Source: Tubulanus polymorphus
Lineage: Eukaryota; Animalia; Nemertea
Assembly (NCBI RefSeq): GCF_964204645.1
Contig: NC_134026.1
Location: forward strand, 8,889,950 to 8,953,949
Reading direction: 5' to 3'
DNA length: 64,000 nucleotides
Part shown: positions 12,422 through 25,158 of the stretch, piece after piece
Layout of the letters: each line of letters starts with the position of its first letter
How positions within the stretch are numbered: the first letter of the stretch is position 1
Translations under genes and position numbers: made by a program
The notes under the pieces: model-generated
The model's input: only the letters and a program-made list of their open reading frames with translations
Told to the model about the DNA's origin: nothing
The model's database searches: none

Positions 12422-12461
12422 TGTTACGGATCCGTCACGATACTCGGCATCGCTCTAAACG
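12422..12461 (+). pseudogene. Short remnant of a second copy of the upstream GPCR (TM1 region)
   Basis: TGTTACGGATCCGTCACGATACTCGGCATCGCTCTAAACG is ~95% identical to 11412-11451. Confidence 0.75.
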
Positions 12462-12469
12462 CGACTCCA

Positions 12470-14726
12470 CACTGTAAAAAGTAAAACGGTAAATTCCCGT
12501 TTTCCCGTAAAGGTGCGGTTTAAAAACGTCTGAGAACGGAGAAGGTCGTCAATTAACGGCGTTTTCCGCTATTATACGGCAATGACCACGTCGTACCTTT
12601 CATACGACTTAATTTCAGTCAATATACGGTTTTGGAACCGTCCAATCCGTGAATAGACGTATGAAACCGTTTAAAATCGGTGATGCCGTTGAACAACGTT
12701 TTTCGTCCCGACCTAAAATTAGAGAGGGATATGGAACCGTCTATGGACTGTTGTTGCCGGTTTAGCACGGTGTTAAAATCGTCATTTGACGGTTTTTTCG
12801 CGTTTCACACCACAATTTCAAAATGGCGGGTACCACTGAGGATGACGGCAAACTTTAAGCAGGTAAATTGCTTTTTAAACCATGATTTATTGTTTGATGC
12901 AGTGGAATCATTGAAGCACAATGTGTGTGTATTTGTTTGATACCAAAACGGCCCATGAACTTATCGAAGAAGCTAAGAATAATACAAATTTGGCTTTGCC
13001 TGTCGGTTGGACGGTGTCATTTTGATGTCATGATCCTTGGACATTGTTCCTTTGCTATTGTTCACTGTCAAAATGGGAACAAGAAGAATAGGTAGGCCTA
13101 TACACCTATGCCCAGGATCTTGCAGTTAACCCAGAACTGCCCTTGGGTTAGTGACAATGCTTTCACCAAGACCATCACTGTCGCAGGGTGGCAATTAAAT
13201 TTAAGATCATGTACTTTTTGCATTTTCTCTGTTACAGTAAAGATCGATAGTTAGCAATACATCATCACGGTTCACGTCACCTCGCGAGTCGTTGGTATAT
13301 AAATGGCCGACCAGAATCCGGTTGTACCGATAACAAATGACATGAGGCTTCTGTTGGAATTCCCGTTAAATGGACCAATCAGCGAACTTTGGGCGAACAA
13401 GGAACTATTTCGCAAGTTGATACATGACGTCATGTGCAAAAGCGCCAGTAATGAAATCACGCGTCGTGAGTCCAGGGGGTGGAAGCGAGTTCGCGGGCGA
13501 TACAGGACCCCTGGCAGGCGAGGATGCGTGTACCGATACTTCGGTTTGAACTACTATCCAGAAGTAAAAAGATAGCCAGTATTTCATTACGCGTTTCATT
13601 GTTCGATACGACCCAGGAGGATGTACTAAATCCAAGGCTGCCTAGCTTGGACATCAACATATGTAATACCAATCAAGTTTATAGAATGGTGGTTCTAAAC
13701 TATCATACAATCATATATTTCATTCATGGTATTTTGCCATTATGTAAAAAGTTATTTACCCAATCTAGCATCTATATCGAGTTGTACTTAAAATACTTCG
13801 AATATTTTCTATGTTATCTGCTTAATTTTTCAAGGCATACATGAGACTTGGTACAGTGTACATGTATTAAGGAAAGTAATCTGCTTCATTTTGATCAAAT
13901 ATAGTGTTTCTGAATAATTACATTTTGAAAAATGAATTTGATGTTGTTGAATCAAACAGTACAGATGGACAGTCGGTGCTGATTATGCTTTAAGCTGGAT
14001 TTTTTTTAGTGCTAAGTTTCAAACCAAAGTAGCCAAAGCTTTACTTTATTTTATCCCATGTATAATAGTTTTAAAGAATAATTTGTTAAGAGCCAATTTT
14101 TTCTCTATCAAATAATTATGTACCTATAATTAAAGTCGTGGATAGTAATCAAATGATATTTTCCTCAGCCAAATATTGATGGATTTTTTACCATATCTTT
14201 TGAGACAAGTAATGAGTGCAAATATTAAGATATTGTGCAATTGAGAAATGTGATCTTATGTATATAATTCAATGGGTAGAAACACCTGGAAAATATATTT
14301 CCATTATATTACATTTTTTTTAATGTTTTCGTATCTGATTTGATTGAGACAAGATTGCCCTTGCTGCATACATGTTCAGTGGTAGTTGGCAAGCACCGTC
14401 ACGCGAGCCAGGTTTCAGCAACTGGAGTAGTATATCGGTTCGAACCCTGGAAGGACGAACTCTCTACAGGTCAAGTATTTGAGGATTTCACACCGTTTGG
14501 GAGCGGTTTTACAAACGTCTATTTACGGATCTCTATCGTTATAAAACGGATCAGTTTCTGGTCTGGCCCGTAAAGTTTACCGTATAATGACGGAAATACG
14601 GTTCTCAATCCGTTGACCATCCATGCCGTTCTTAAACGGTGAATCACGCATTTTTTTCCGGAAACACTGCTGCAACTTCAAATTACGGCTTTTAGCCGTT
14701 AACTTACGGAAATACTTTTTACAGTG
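12470..14726. mobile_element. Non-autonomous EnSpm/CACTA-like DNA transposon
   Basis: TIRs CACTGTAAAAAGTA ... TACTTTTTACAGTG, many subterminal AACGG/CCGT motifs, no transposase ORF. Confidence 0.75.
13275..13530. repeat. Interspersed repeat family (other copies ~38150-38820 and ~55410-55620, in opposite orientation)
   Basis: Shared GGCCGACCAGAATC...AGGCTTCTG..GGAATTCCC.TTAAATGG.CCAATCAG.GAAC...AAAAGCGCCA.TAATGAAATC blocks. Confidence 0.8.
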
Positions 14727-14870
14727 TAGTGTTTGAAAAAATAAAACAAAAATCGCTTCGGTGCAAACCGCCAAAATCAACAATATCAAAGAAGTGCTAA
14801 CGGTAATAGAATTCGATTAAGAAATCTGTTCCAAAATTTCAGGTGACTCGCCACTTTTCAGTGTAGTTGA

Positions 14871-16147
14871 TTTTTTTAGCCCACTTGGGACTTTAGTCGT
14901 CCCAGCGGGCTATTGCATTCACTTTTCGTCCGTCGTCCGTCCGTCCGTCCGTAGACGGAATCCAGTTATTTTGGGAAGTTTTGAAGACGCTTCAAGGTAA
15001 TGTCTTGATATTTGGTTTATACATGTATCTACCCTAGACACATCTTCAGCCCAAAAAATGGCCCTGTCAGAATCAAGATGGCCGACTGGCAGCCATTGTT
15101 GTTCGCCAAAATCAGCACTTTTTACACATTTTTGAACTTATTGAGGGAAATTTTGAAGATGCTTTGATCAATTACCTTGATCTTTCGGATATATGTGAAT
15201 CCCCCCAGGGCCCATCAGCATAACAAAAATTGGGTCGATCGGACTTAAGATGGCCGTCCTATGACCTTTTTAGTGCCCAAAAATGTTAATATTGGCCCGA
15301 ATTCTGAGTCCTGTAGCTTCCTACTGGTTTACCATTTCTCATTGCAATTTGTGATGGGTATTCTTTGAAAGGGATGTTTTATACCTGAGACAAGTATTTT
15401 TCATCAGCCAATTATGACGCAATTGGCGGCCATCTTGGTGTCACCAGTACTCATTCGTAAGTGGGAAAAAGTTTTTCCACATTATATTGATACCTAAGCG
15501 TATTTTGTTACCACAATCATTTAGAAAGTTGTAGCTCATAACGTGTTCTATGATTGTAGTGAGTTTCAAGGTCATTGGATTTTGTATATGGCCACCAGGG
15601 GGCGTTGAATAATGCAATATCTAGCATTTCTATATTATATTCGTACCTATGCATATTTTGTAACCACAATCAATTGGAAAGTTGTAGCTCATGACATCAT
15701 CTACTATGGTTGCGAGTTTTAAGGACATTGGTTATTCTATATGGTCACCAGGGGGCGTTGAATAGTAGAATAACTTAATATTTCCTTATTATATTGGTAC
15801 CTAGGCATATTTTGTTACCATGATCAATTGCAAAGTTGTAGTTCATGACATGTTCTATGAATGTGGTAAGTTTCGAGGTCATTGGGTTTTGAATATGGTC
15901 ACCAGGGGGCGTTAAATAGAAGAATAACTTAGTTTTTCCATATTAAATTGGTAACGAGGCATATTTTGTTATCACAATCAATTACAAAATCGTAGCTGCT
16001 GACATGTTCTATGATTGTGGTGAGTTTCAAGGTTTCGCATTGGTTTTTGTATATGGTCACCAGGGGGCGTTGAATATTGAAATTGTTAGATTGTTGAGCA
16101 TTTGGAACCACTTCCCAAGTGGGCATGGTGTCCCTGGACCCCTAGTT
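14871..16147 (+). mobile_element. Helentron-associated non-autonomous element (HINE/DINE-1-like) with internal ~155-bp tandem repeats
   Basis: Starts TTTTTAGCCCACTTGGGA and has a (GTCC)n microsatellite. Internal units carry GGTCACCAGGGGGCGTTGAAT at ~15590, 15742, 15897 and 16055. 3' subTIR TCCCAAGTGGGC, small stem-loop, then CTAGTTT. Confidence 0.8.
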
Positions 16148-16194
16148 TAAATCTCTGTTGTTATGTTGTTATTTTGATCGATTTATCGTTAGAA

Positions 16195-16286
16195 CTGATG
16201 GCGATATATCGTTCGTATCGCGTGGGTTTATCGGCTGAACTGATCTGATAGACGACGTGAAGATGACATCGCTATTCCGAATGTGC
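16195..16286 (-). pseudogene. FRAS1: Diverged remnant of the FRAS1-like last exon
   Basis: CAG|GCACATTCGGAATAGCGATGTCATCTTCACGTCGTCTAT...GATAAACCCACGCGATACGAACGA aligns to 7363-7452 (AHSE*RCHLHVVYQISSADKPTRYER vs ASSGQRWHLQVIYLITSADKLTRYKR). Confidence 0.8.
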
Positions 16287-16348
16287 CTGCGTTTAACACA
16301 AAAAAAAACGATAAATCTATCTTGTAAAATGGTTGGCTTTGTATTTTG

Positions 16349-18031
16349 CTCGTTGTCCTCCATAATTGATCGGGTCCGGCGTATGTCGGCTGACTCCAAA
16401 CTAAAGCCAAATCGAAAGTCACCGGTAAATTAGGTGGCGGATTCACTCGACTTTTATAACCGGGGAATGTGTAATGATTCAAGACAAACTGCCCTGAAAC
16501 AAATGAAGAGTAAGTTCAGAAACACAATGTAGAAGTTGTTTCGAAGATGCTATACTTTTTCGAAATGATTTTGAATTATTGAAGAAATCTCGAAGTTATT
16601 GATTTAGATAATATGATATCTTAGGAAGGCATCTTTTCAGAAATGGTGACTACTTTTTTGTAGTGAAGCCCATTTCATCCGTTTCATTAAGTACAAGCCG
16701 TACATAACTGGGGCAAGGGGCAGGGCAGTTGCCCCCTAGAAATTTTGGAAAAGTGCAATTATCTTTTTGCAGATATCATTGTTGCAGATATCATTGTTAT
16801 ATCCAATAGAAATTTCATGTAGAATCACTTATGTAATTGTAGTGACATTGGACTATAATAGGCCTTACCAGTTTTTGTTAGGTTAATCAGAAGAATCGGT
16901 ATATCGATTTTTGACTAGGTAGCTGCCCTTTTTTCGGGTTTGTCTGCCCCCCCCCCCACCCCCACAACATTCAAATGCTATGTAGTACAGCCCTGGATAA
17001 GGCAGGACCTGTTGATAGTTACCGACCTCTGAATCTAGTTTCTGTACTGAATTCAATCACGAGGTTTCCATCTGGATTCGTAGCAACTCGCAGAACCTGC
17101 AGTCGTCCACCGAGACGACCATCGGCTTCTAGTCCCGATCGCCACAGAACCGTATCATAGAAAAACGAAAACTCCATCGTCGTACGATGCTCCAAAGACG
17201 CCCAGCTAGAGGGCGCTGACGCGTAGATGTAAGACACGTATAGAGGCAAGCGAAATGTTAGAAATGTTTTGCCGCGTTTCCGCATTTGAAAATCCGACAA
17301 GACCGAACCTCCGCACATGTCGATCAAATCGGTCATGTGATACCAAGCCTCGAATGTCCACGCGCACGATTTCAAATCCAGTTTCCGGTAAAGTTTCAGC
17401 GACTTTTCCTCTCGAATGTTTTCGTCGAATAAAATGCCGCGTTTTGTCGCGTTTTCGGCGTTCGTCCGGTCGTCGTCGATAAATCCGTCTCCGCGAAATT
17501 CTCCTCCGACGTCGACGAAATTCGAACACGTATGCTGGCGTTGATAGATCGAATCTGACAGCAACAATCGCATATTATGAATCGGAAACGTCGATATAAG
17601 CAGAATCATACCGTCTTGGTGAGGAATCTCGATTTTGATATGTATCCTGTTCGGATGAATCGCGTCGTTCGGTTCCACGTATTTCATCGTAGCGACGAAC
17701 GAATGACCTTGAAGGCCGTATCGGTGCCCGGAAACGATCGCCGACTGGCAGACGCCGTTTTCGCGACTGACGAAGACCGGACGGCTTTTTATCGGGACTC
17801 CGAACGAGCCGTCGCCGGATGTCGGCCGAGCGACGCATCGCACGCTGAAGCCGCCGCGAAAATATATACTATCCAGAACAGAACGATCGACGCTCGTGAA
17901 AACGGTGTCGGCCAGGACTAATTGAAACGGTAAATGTAATCCGTTCGTATCTAACGGTAACGCTACCTCCCATTCATACTTGATCAATGATTGGTTGTCG
18001 TGTCAAAATTTGGATATCGAGAATCGCATGG
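16349..18031 (-). pseudogene. FRAS1: Inverted near-identical duplicate of the first two FRAS1-like exons and intron (copy of ~1673-3342)
   Basis: ORF 17019-17987 is ~97% identical to the + copy. Identity runs from 16349 through the AT-rich flank (to ~18455) and into the satellite. Confidence 0.92.
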
Positions 18032-18451
18032 CTGAAATTAATACAATTTCATTGTATTAATGATATCCAGAAGACCATTCAGTTATCAATATTTCTTTTC
18101 TTTTCTTTACTCGTTTTTTTTTCAATCTCAATTATTTTCAATAGTTTTGTCATTTTATCTACTCTTATTTTTTTATGTTCTCTCAGCATTTTTTACTATA
18201 TCAGTGTATCTTAATGTTAATATGTACATGACTGTCCTGACCATTTGTCAACAATCATCCTAATATCTCATCTTCGATGATGTTTGTGAATGAGTAAAAG
18301 ATTATGGCTAGGATTTTAGGAAACAGTATTTGAAATTAATCTTGTCTTCATTAATGCATGTACACCCGAATAATGTTATTTAAGGTGAAACATTGTGAAG
18401 TCGGAATAGTAGATGATACACAATATGAGCCGGAAGAATCGTTCACCGTTA

Positions 18452-18836
18452 AATGATACTGCCCGATCCTCTCCCGAGACCGATGATACTACTGCTACCC
18501 CGATACCACTGTTACCAGTGATACTGCCCGATCCTTCTGGAGACCGGTGATACTACTGCTACCCCGATACCACTGTTACCAGTGATACTGTCCGATCCTC
18601 TCCGAGACCGATGATACTACTGCTACCCCGATACCAATGTTACCAGTGATACTGCCCGATCCTTCTGGAGACCGGTGATACTACTGCTACCCCGATACCA
18701 CTGTTACCAGTGATACTGTCCGATCCTTCTCGAGACCGGTGATACTACTGCTACCCCGATACCACTGATACCAGTGATACTGCCCGATCCTTCTGGAGAC
18801 CGGTGATACTACTGCTACCCCGATACCACTGATACT
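18452..18836 (-). repeat. Same 64-bp satellite, inverted (~6 copies)
   Basis: Reverse complement of the unit at 1-1250. Confidence 0.95.
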
Positions 18837-19231
18837 ACGGATGCTTTCGGCCCGTGTTGTATGCGGTGGAAATGTTCTGTTCTTACTGTATTGTCCCATC
18901 GCTCCCTCTACATAGCCGCCATCTTGAAACGGTGTTCTGCTACACCACTGACTAACCGTGTAATTTGACAAGTGAAGACTTGTTCACGTAGTTTTTGATG
19001 TTCCATTCGTTGTAAGAGCCTTGTGGCGATCGTGAAATCGTGAAACTGAATGGAGCCCAGTCGTTAACTCTGTATCTACTCTATTGATTCAACATTAATC
19101 TTTGGATAAAAAATTACAGATTTTGTTTGGGTAAAAGACAAAAAAGAGTAACGGTGGTAGTTTGGTACTGGTATTTCGACGAAGTACACAACAGTCACCA
19201 CTGGGGACTGCCACTGGATACGATGACAGTC

Positions 19232-22200
19232 ATGCCGAAGGATAAAGGAAAAGGGAAATCTCCTCGTAAAATAACGGACACATTTAAGAAGCAAAAATCC
19301 ACAAATAAGCTTAGACAACATAATAAGCCTCAACCACGTAAGTTCATCGCCTTTCGGTTTAAGTTTTGCTATCAGATATTTTCAAAAAGACGGGTGATGT
19401 ATTGTCAATGCTGCATTACTCCAGTTAGGCCTAAGGCTATTTTGCCGATTACCTGGTGTGATTGGCTAATGTACGCCGAGATGCTCGACGCACTTTCCTT
19501 GAGTTTTCTATGTATAGGCTGGCCGGGCCTTCAGAAAATTCAAGGAAGGTGTGGAGAATATAATATTATAGGGTTAGGGTTCCGTTTTAGGGTCAGAAAA
19601 CGCCTCAAGGGTGAGAAAAGAGTCCAGAGGGTTAGGGTTAGGTTTAGGGTTCGTTTTACATCTAGGGTTAGGTTTAGGGTTAGTGTTAGGTTAAGTGCAA
19701 CATGCCGCTGGTGGTCAAGTGGCAATATGCTGACCAGGGTTTGAGTCTTGCAGCATCCGCTCTATTTTCTCTAAATCTTTCTACCGCTTTCTTTGAATTT
19801 TTGTAAGTCGTACACCTTTGTGCGCATGGGTTAGATGAGCTTATAAGAACGCATCTGAACGAAAATTGACCCTTGCTTATTGGAACTAGACCTAGCCTTC
19901 AACAGGAGATTGTGAGTGATACGATATAGTTACACCCTAGAAAATAGAGCGGGTAGAACAGTATTCGAACCTGGGCTAGTAACGTTGTATCATTAGGGTT
20001 TTCTGTTATTTCACAGAAAACCCTATTGATATCCGTGTGATTATTAGGGTTTTCTGTTACATCACAGAAAACCCTATTGAGATTCGCGTGTTTCTTTTTA
20101 TTATTATTTTATGTCACACTATTTTCACTAAAAGAACTAAGGCTTTGTTACCTTGCCGCTGTTGTCGATACAATCCGTATGATATCGTTCAGCTCACTGA
20201 GATCTACAAATACTCCGCGTGTTTTTTCACGAATCATCGTTACAAAAGCACTTTCGGGCCGTAAACATGGAAAATTTAGCCCCATTCAATGGGGCGACAT
20301 GTTTTTCGAGTCGTCATCCCGAAATCAACCAGCAGGCCGATTGTCACTTCGATTATCAATTCAAGTATAAATGAACTAATTTATTGCCGCAGACTTCACA
20401 TTCAGCCGCGGGTCTTCAAACAGTGATTTTAACAATAGCCCATTTTCCTCATAAAATCATATTACCGATACACTGGAAATTTACTACTTTAGATTTTAAA
20501 AGCACTGTCGAGCCGTAAACATCGACGAATGGACGTGTGTTACTACATCGTCATTCCGGGGATCAGCTGCGAGTTTCTCCTCATCATGAGAATCAAATCG
20601 ATTACAAATTAATTTATTACTACCAGTGATTTGGCTGCGGGTTTCAAGGAGTTAGTTTAACAATAGGCCTACCTATTTTTCTTTACCGAATTAACCGTGT
20701 ATTTACTAAGATAAATCTTTAGTGTACTGGGGAATCGTAGGCCTAAACTAAACACGCCGAAGAGAAATAGCAGAGAAAAGCTGTTATGTCGACGAGGTAT
20801 CAAAATAAAAGAATATATTACTTTATTCGGCCGCGGGCTTCAACCTCTATATCAATACCATCAATGCTCTATATTTCCTACAGTACATACCGATCATTGT
20901 CAAATGCACAAGGTATTTACTAAATACAAGTATATAACATACTCCTATCCGTATGCTGGACTCACACTTGACATTCGGAGTAAGCGTTCGCTGTGGGGGA
21001 AAGGGATCATTCGCTGTGTCGCTTGAAGTGTTTATCGAGTTTGACGCGGCTTTAGGCCTATCGGTACTGAGCTTTACTGTCTCAAACAAACACAGTATAA
21101 AATTGTTGCGTTTATTAACGGACTCATTGGATTGAACTTCAAAACAAAGTTTACGATATTTAGGTGGGTTGTTATTCAATAGGCCTACGACCAATCTGTC
21201 CGGATGTTAGGCCTACGCATATACATAGGCCTACATAGGCTAGTAGCCTCTACTAGGTTAAGCGTTCGCTGTGGGGGAAAGGAGATCGTTCGCTGTGTCG
21301 CTTGAAGTGTTTATCGAGTTTTACGCGACCTGAAGGCTTTAGTATGGTGGCTGATAAGGGCCATGCGTAAAAAAAACACGAATATGCAAATGAGGGCGAC
21401 ATTATGACAAAACGACAAAACTAAAATAACGCGACAAAACAATAATTTTGGTTTTGTCGCCCGCGACAATACATTATTTTGGTTTTATCGCCCGCGACAA
21501 TTCATTATTTTGGTTTTATCGGCCGCGACAATTCATTAATTTGGTTTCGTCACCCGCGACAAATCAATATTTTGGTTTTGTCGCCCACGACAATTCAATA
21601 TTTTGGTTTTATCGCCCGCGACAATTCATTATTTTGGTTTTATCGCCCGCGACAATTTTTTTTTTTGTCGCGGTTTTATCGCCTGCGACAATTCAATATT
21701 TTGGTTTTATCGCCAGCGACAATTCATTATTTTGGTTTTATCGCCCGCGACAATTCATTAGTTTGGTTTTGTCTCCAGCGACAATTCGATATTTTGGTTT
21801 TGTCGCCCGCGACAATTCAAGATTGGAATTGAATTCCTACCCAGTTAAGATGGTTCTTAGATTAATGTGTGAGTAGTATTAGTAGAAAGGGGCTACTGTA
21901 TCGGTTAAACGCCAGACGTTATTCTTAATCGAAATGTTATTTGCAGATGATGATGATGTTGTAGCAAGTACGTCGACGGCTACCAGTACTACATTGATCT
22001 CCGAGAAGGACTTGTCAATTCTCCGAGATTTCGACTTGGATTGGCAGTTCGGACCCTGTTTAGGTTAGAAAATCCATCAATCGCATTTCGTGCAGTTCTT
22101 TTTCGTAGCAGTTGATGTTAATACAGGGTCCCTACGACTCCTTGATTACTTGAAAGCTCCTTCTGAACAGAAAATATTTTTCAAAGCCCTTGAATATCCT

Positions 22201-22716
22201 TGAATTTGAGCAAAATGCCCAAAAGTCCTTGAAAACTTCTTGAATTTTGAGAAAGTGGCAGTCAGAAACATTTAAGGTTTTAGGCCTAGTTAATAGTCAT
22301 ATGCCTTACACACAGATTCCACCGAATTAACGGTTTCCTGAGATAACAGTACTGATTTAGGAGTCTACTATAAGGGATATGATAGCAATGATGCAGGCAC
22401 TCCACGAAACTTGAAATTTTCTCCATGAAAACTCCTTGATCTGTAGGGACCCTGTAATAAGCGGTTTAGATACTGTACAGTCAAAAAAGCTCTCATGCAC
22501 AGCTCAATCGATGCAAACATTTTTGTAATTCGAATGGCAGCGTCTTAAAGGACTTCGAATCTATTCGTTATTTGTCGGGTGTGAATTTGATTTATTGTTG
22601 TTAGGAATAACTCGTATTGAGAGATGGGAGAGAGCTAGAAAAAATGGCCTGAATCCACCTGAACACGTAATCGAGCTGATCGAAAACAACTCAACAAATG
22701 ATAGTTACACTCAGTG
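19232..22716 (+). CDS. POLD4: DNA polymerase delta subunit 4 (p12); short last exon not resolved
   Basis: Exons 19232-19337 (MPKDKGKGKSPRKITDTF, PIP-like), 21947-22063 (LRDFDLDWQFGPCLG) and 22605-22716 (ITRIERWERARKNGLNPPEHV). Splice phases are consistent and the peptide matches the p12 motif FDL.W.(Y/F)GPC.GITR..RW.RA...GL.PP. Confidence 0.9.
19568..19695 (+). repeat. Degenerate TTAGGG/TTAGGT-like repeat patch (probably internal to a MITE)
   Basis: GGGTTAGGGTTAGGTTTAGGGTT runs in POLD4 intron 1. Confidence 0.6.
19992..20860 (+). mobile_element. Probable Helentron/HINE-like element (duplicated 5' hairpin, internal subrepeats)
   Basis: ATTAGGGTTTTCTGTTA...CAGAAAACCCTATTGA occurs twice (19992, ~20044). 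Internal repeats AAAAGCACT.TCG.GCCGTAAACAT at ~20244 and ~20498. Confidence 0.5.
21445..21818 (+). repeat. 31-bp tandem minisatellite (~12 copies), preceded by a TATGG IS3EU-like end at ~21344
   Basis: Unit ATTTTGGTTTTATCGCCCGCGACAATTCATT, with no unique spacers. Confidence 0.93.
22123..22454. mobile_element. hAT-like MITE
   Basis: TIRs CAGGGTCCCTAC ... GTAGGGACCCTG with CCTTGAA subrepeats. Confidence 0.65.
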
Positions 22717-22971
22717 GTAAGTAGCCTATTGTTGCAAGTTGTCTGCAAATGTCTATTTTACTTATGGGCTCAATCATTGAAGAACTAGGCATTTCTCTCG
22801 TTGCACCAAAATTGTGCATATTGTTAGTTAGGCAAAACCAAAACATTGGGATTTGACTTCAAATAAAATCTTTTTGCTCTGAAACATTTTGGTAAGATAA
22901 CGCTAACATTAATAACCGTATAATCCATTTAAGTAATTCGCAGATAATAAGTTGCTGAACCGAAATACATT

Positions 22972-23280
22972 TTCCTTTCGGCAGCGATTTGAACCTGATG
23001 GCATCGAGACTCGCCACGGTACGAAGCCCGCCACACTAGCTCGAGTGCGCAGCTTTGATGATGTTATTATTATATCATATATCCCGCTTTATTTTAGCCT
23101 GGGTTTTCCCATTTGCAGTTTTTCCGTGAAATTTGCCTCAGCGATCATACAACGGGCCATCCAATTGATGTTGCAACTTTTCGTGCCGCAAACCTGTGCA
23201 CCTGGTCTAGTGTGGCAGGGTTTCGCGTCGTGGCCGAGTGTAGCGATGCCATCAGGTTGGAATCCCTGCCGAGAGAGGAT
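22972..23280. mobile_element. MITE family with B-box-containing TIRs (copy 1)
   Basis: GGCAGCGATTTGAACCTGATGGCATCG ... CGATGCCATCAGGTTGGAATCCCTGCC; homologous to 26954-27299 and 31420-31758. Confidence 0.8.
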
Positions 23281-25158
23281 ATAGAAATCGGGCGTTTGTA
23301 AAGGCATTCATTAAACTGTGTTGGCTTTGAATAATGACTTATCATTGATATATCTTTCATGCAGCATTTGGGCGGATTATAAACAGCTTTGAACGGAGAT
23401 GGTTGAATGAACGGAAGTCTCATTTCTCGTCGACACTCGTAGCGATGTCCATTATGTTGCAAAGGCAGACAGTTCGCCTTAACGAAGATCGCACTATTGT
23501 TATACAGGACCCGGTGGATTTGCTCTTAAATAACGGGTAGACAGTATTTCACAATCTATTCCAAGTCGACGAAACAGACTGGTCAACAAGAGAAATTGTG
23601 GTTCCTAATATTCTGCGTACTATTGTACCTGTATACATTTAACCTAACATTTGACTAGGGTATGCCAGTGTAATCCACAGGTTGAGATAAACCATCCTGA
23701 AAAACTGGCCCTTGGACTCGGGCTTTTGCCAAAGTTATTTTACGATGTATCAAAACAAAATTTGACTGGATCTACGTTGACATTTTGTTGTTATTACAAC
23801 ATATAGTTGTAACAGCGAACGATATCTTCCTAATTGTGTTGATTATACCCATATTTAGTCAGGAATGCTATGTAAAGTACAACATCTTTGTTTTAGAATT
23901 ACAGTAGACTCAGCCTTACCTTGTACCACTCAGCTAAGTCATCGAAGATTTTCAATTTCTTTGAATACAATACAATTGGTATCAAATGTGTGTGATTTCA
24001 GTCCCACAGCGACTGAATAATGCAAAGTCTAGAATATTGTGTAATTTGTAAATAATATATTTAATCTTAATGAATGTTTTATCTATTTACGTGGAGATAT
24101 TTTTAATTTACAACTTGGTACCTTTATCTGTTTTCATAGAAATATTTGTATTTACAATTCTCTGCTGCAATATTTGTATTGAGTTTATTGTTAACAAGTA
24201 TATTATATACCGGTAATCAGAACTTCTTGAAGACTTCTCTTTTCAGTAGTGAATAAAGTAATTTCCTGTGAAATAATTAAAATTTCAATTAAACTTCCAA
24301 TACATTTTATGTTTTGTTTTGATGAGCCAAGTTTATTAGGTTAAAAGTCTGTTTTGGGTCTGCGTAGATTACGGTAGTTCAGTGCTATGTATTACTATTG
24401 CATGGTATTGCAATAATTTAAATAACACATCGTACAAGATCAACCATCATCAAAACCTCATCATCAAGATTTGAAGCCCAAAAGCCCTGTAGAGCCCTCT
24501 ACCCAAGTCGGATCCAATAAACTTGGATAACCATTCAACTCGGATGATTTTTTGAAATAATTTTTGTGACACTGTATATGAACTACATAACATCCAACTC
24601 GGATATCACTTACCGGTAAGTCGGACACATTTTTACGGTCCCAAAAGATTGGAATTGAGGGGAGACTACTGTATATGACAAAACCACTTATCTCGAAGAA
24701 CATAAGCGCATCGGTGCCTCCTCTGTTCATGGTTTGTGATGCATTTCAGCGAGCTAATCGATGAGTACTGTAGATGGTTTAACAACTGGGTCTTAAAACA
24801 ACGCAAATCCTCATCTTACTATGCTTCTGTCAAAATCTCACGAGTTTGAAGAAAAAGATACCGTCGAAGACGAAAAGAATTGCATCTCTTGCGTGTATAT
24901 ACGTATTTACAGATCCTTTATTCGAGACTTAAAAATAAACCATCTATAAATAATGTTGCAATTTCAACATTGCAATATATTATATTGGATAAAATCTGCA
25001 CTTGAAGCAAATTGAAAAACCAAGCGATTACACTTTATTCTTAAACTGGGAATAGAAGATAATCAGATAACTGAATACCGTGGGTGCGAATGTGTATCAT
25101 AGCTTTCTTGCTAAAATATGGCTAAACACAGCAAAATTAATTGCTCATTTAAACTTAT

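Noticed and set aside
19568-19695. Telomere or telomere fusion site
   Set aside because: Short, degenerate and in a single orientation, as is typical of MITE interiors.
19127-19744. 205-aa ORF as a gene
   Set aside because: Only 19232-19337 is real (POLD4 exon 1). The rest is intron, including TTAGGG-like repeats that translate as RVRV.
18838-19758. TIR element (CGGATGCT/AGCATCCG) capturing the POLD4 promoter and exon 1
   Set aside because: Only 8 bp of inverted match and no TSD, so it could be chance.
21445-21818. CRISPR-like array / ORFs 21448 and 21479
   Set aside because: The 31-bp units are contiguous with no unique spacers, there are no cas genes, and the context is a eukaryotic intron. 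The ORFs are translations of the repeat.
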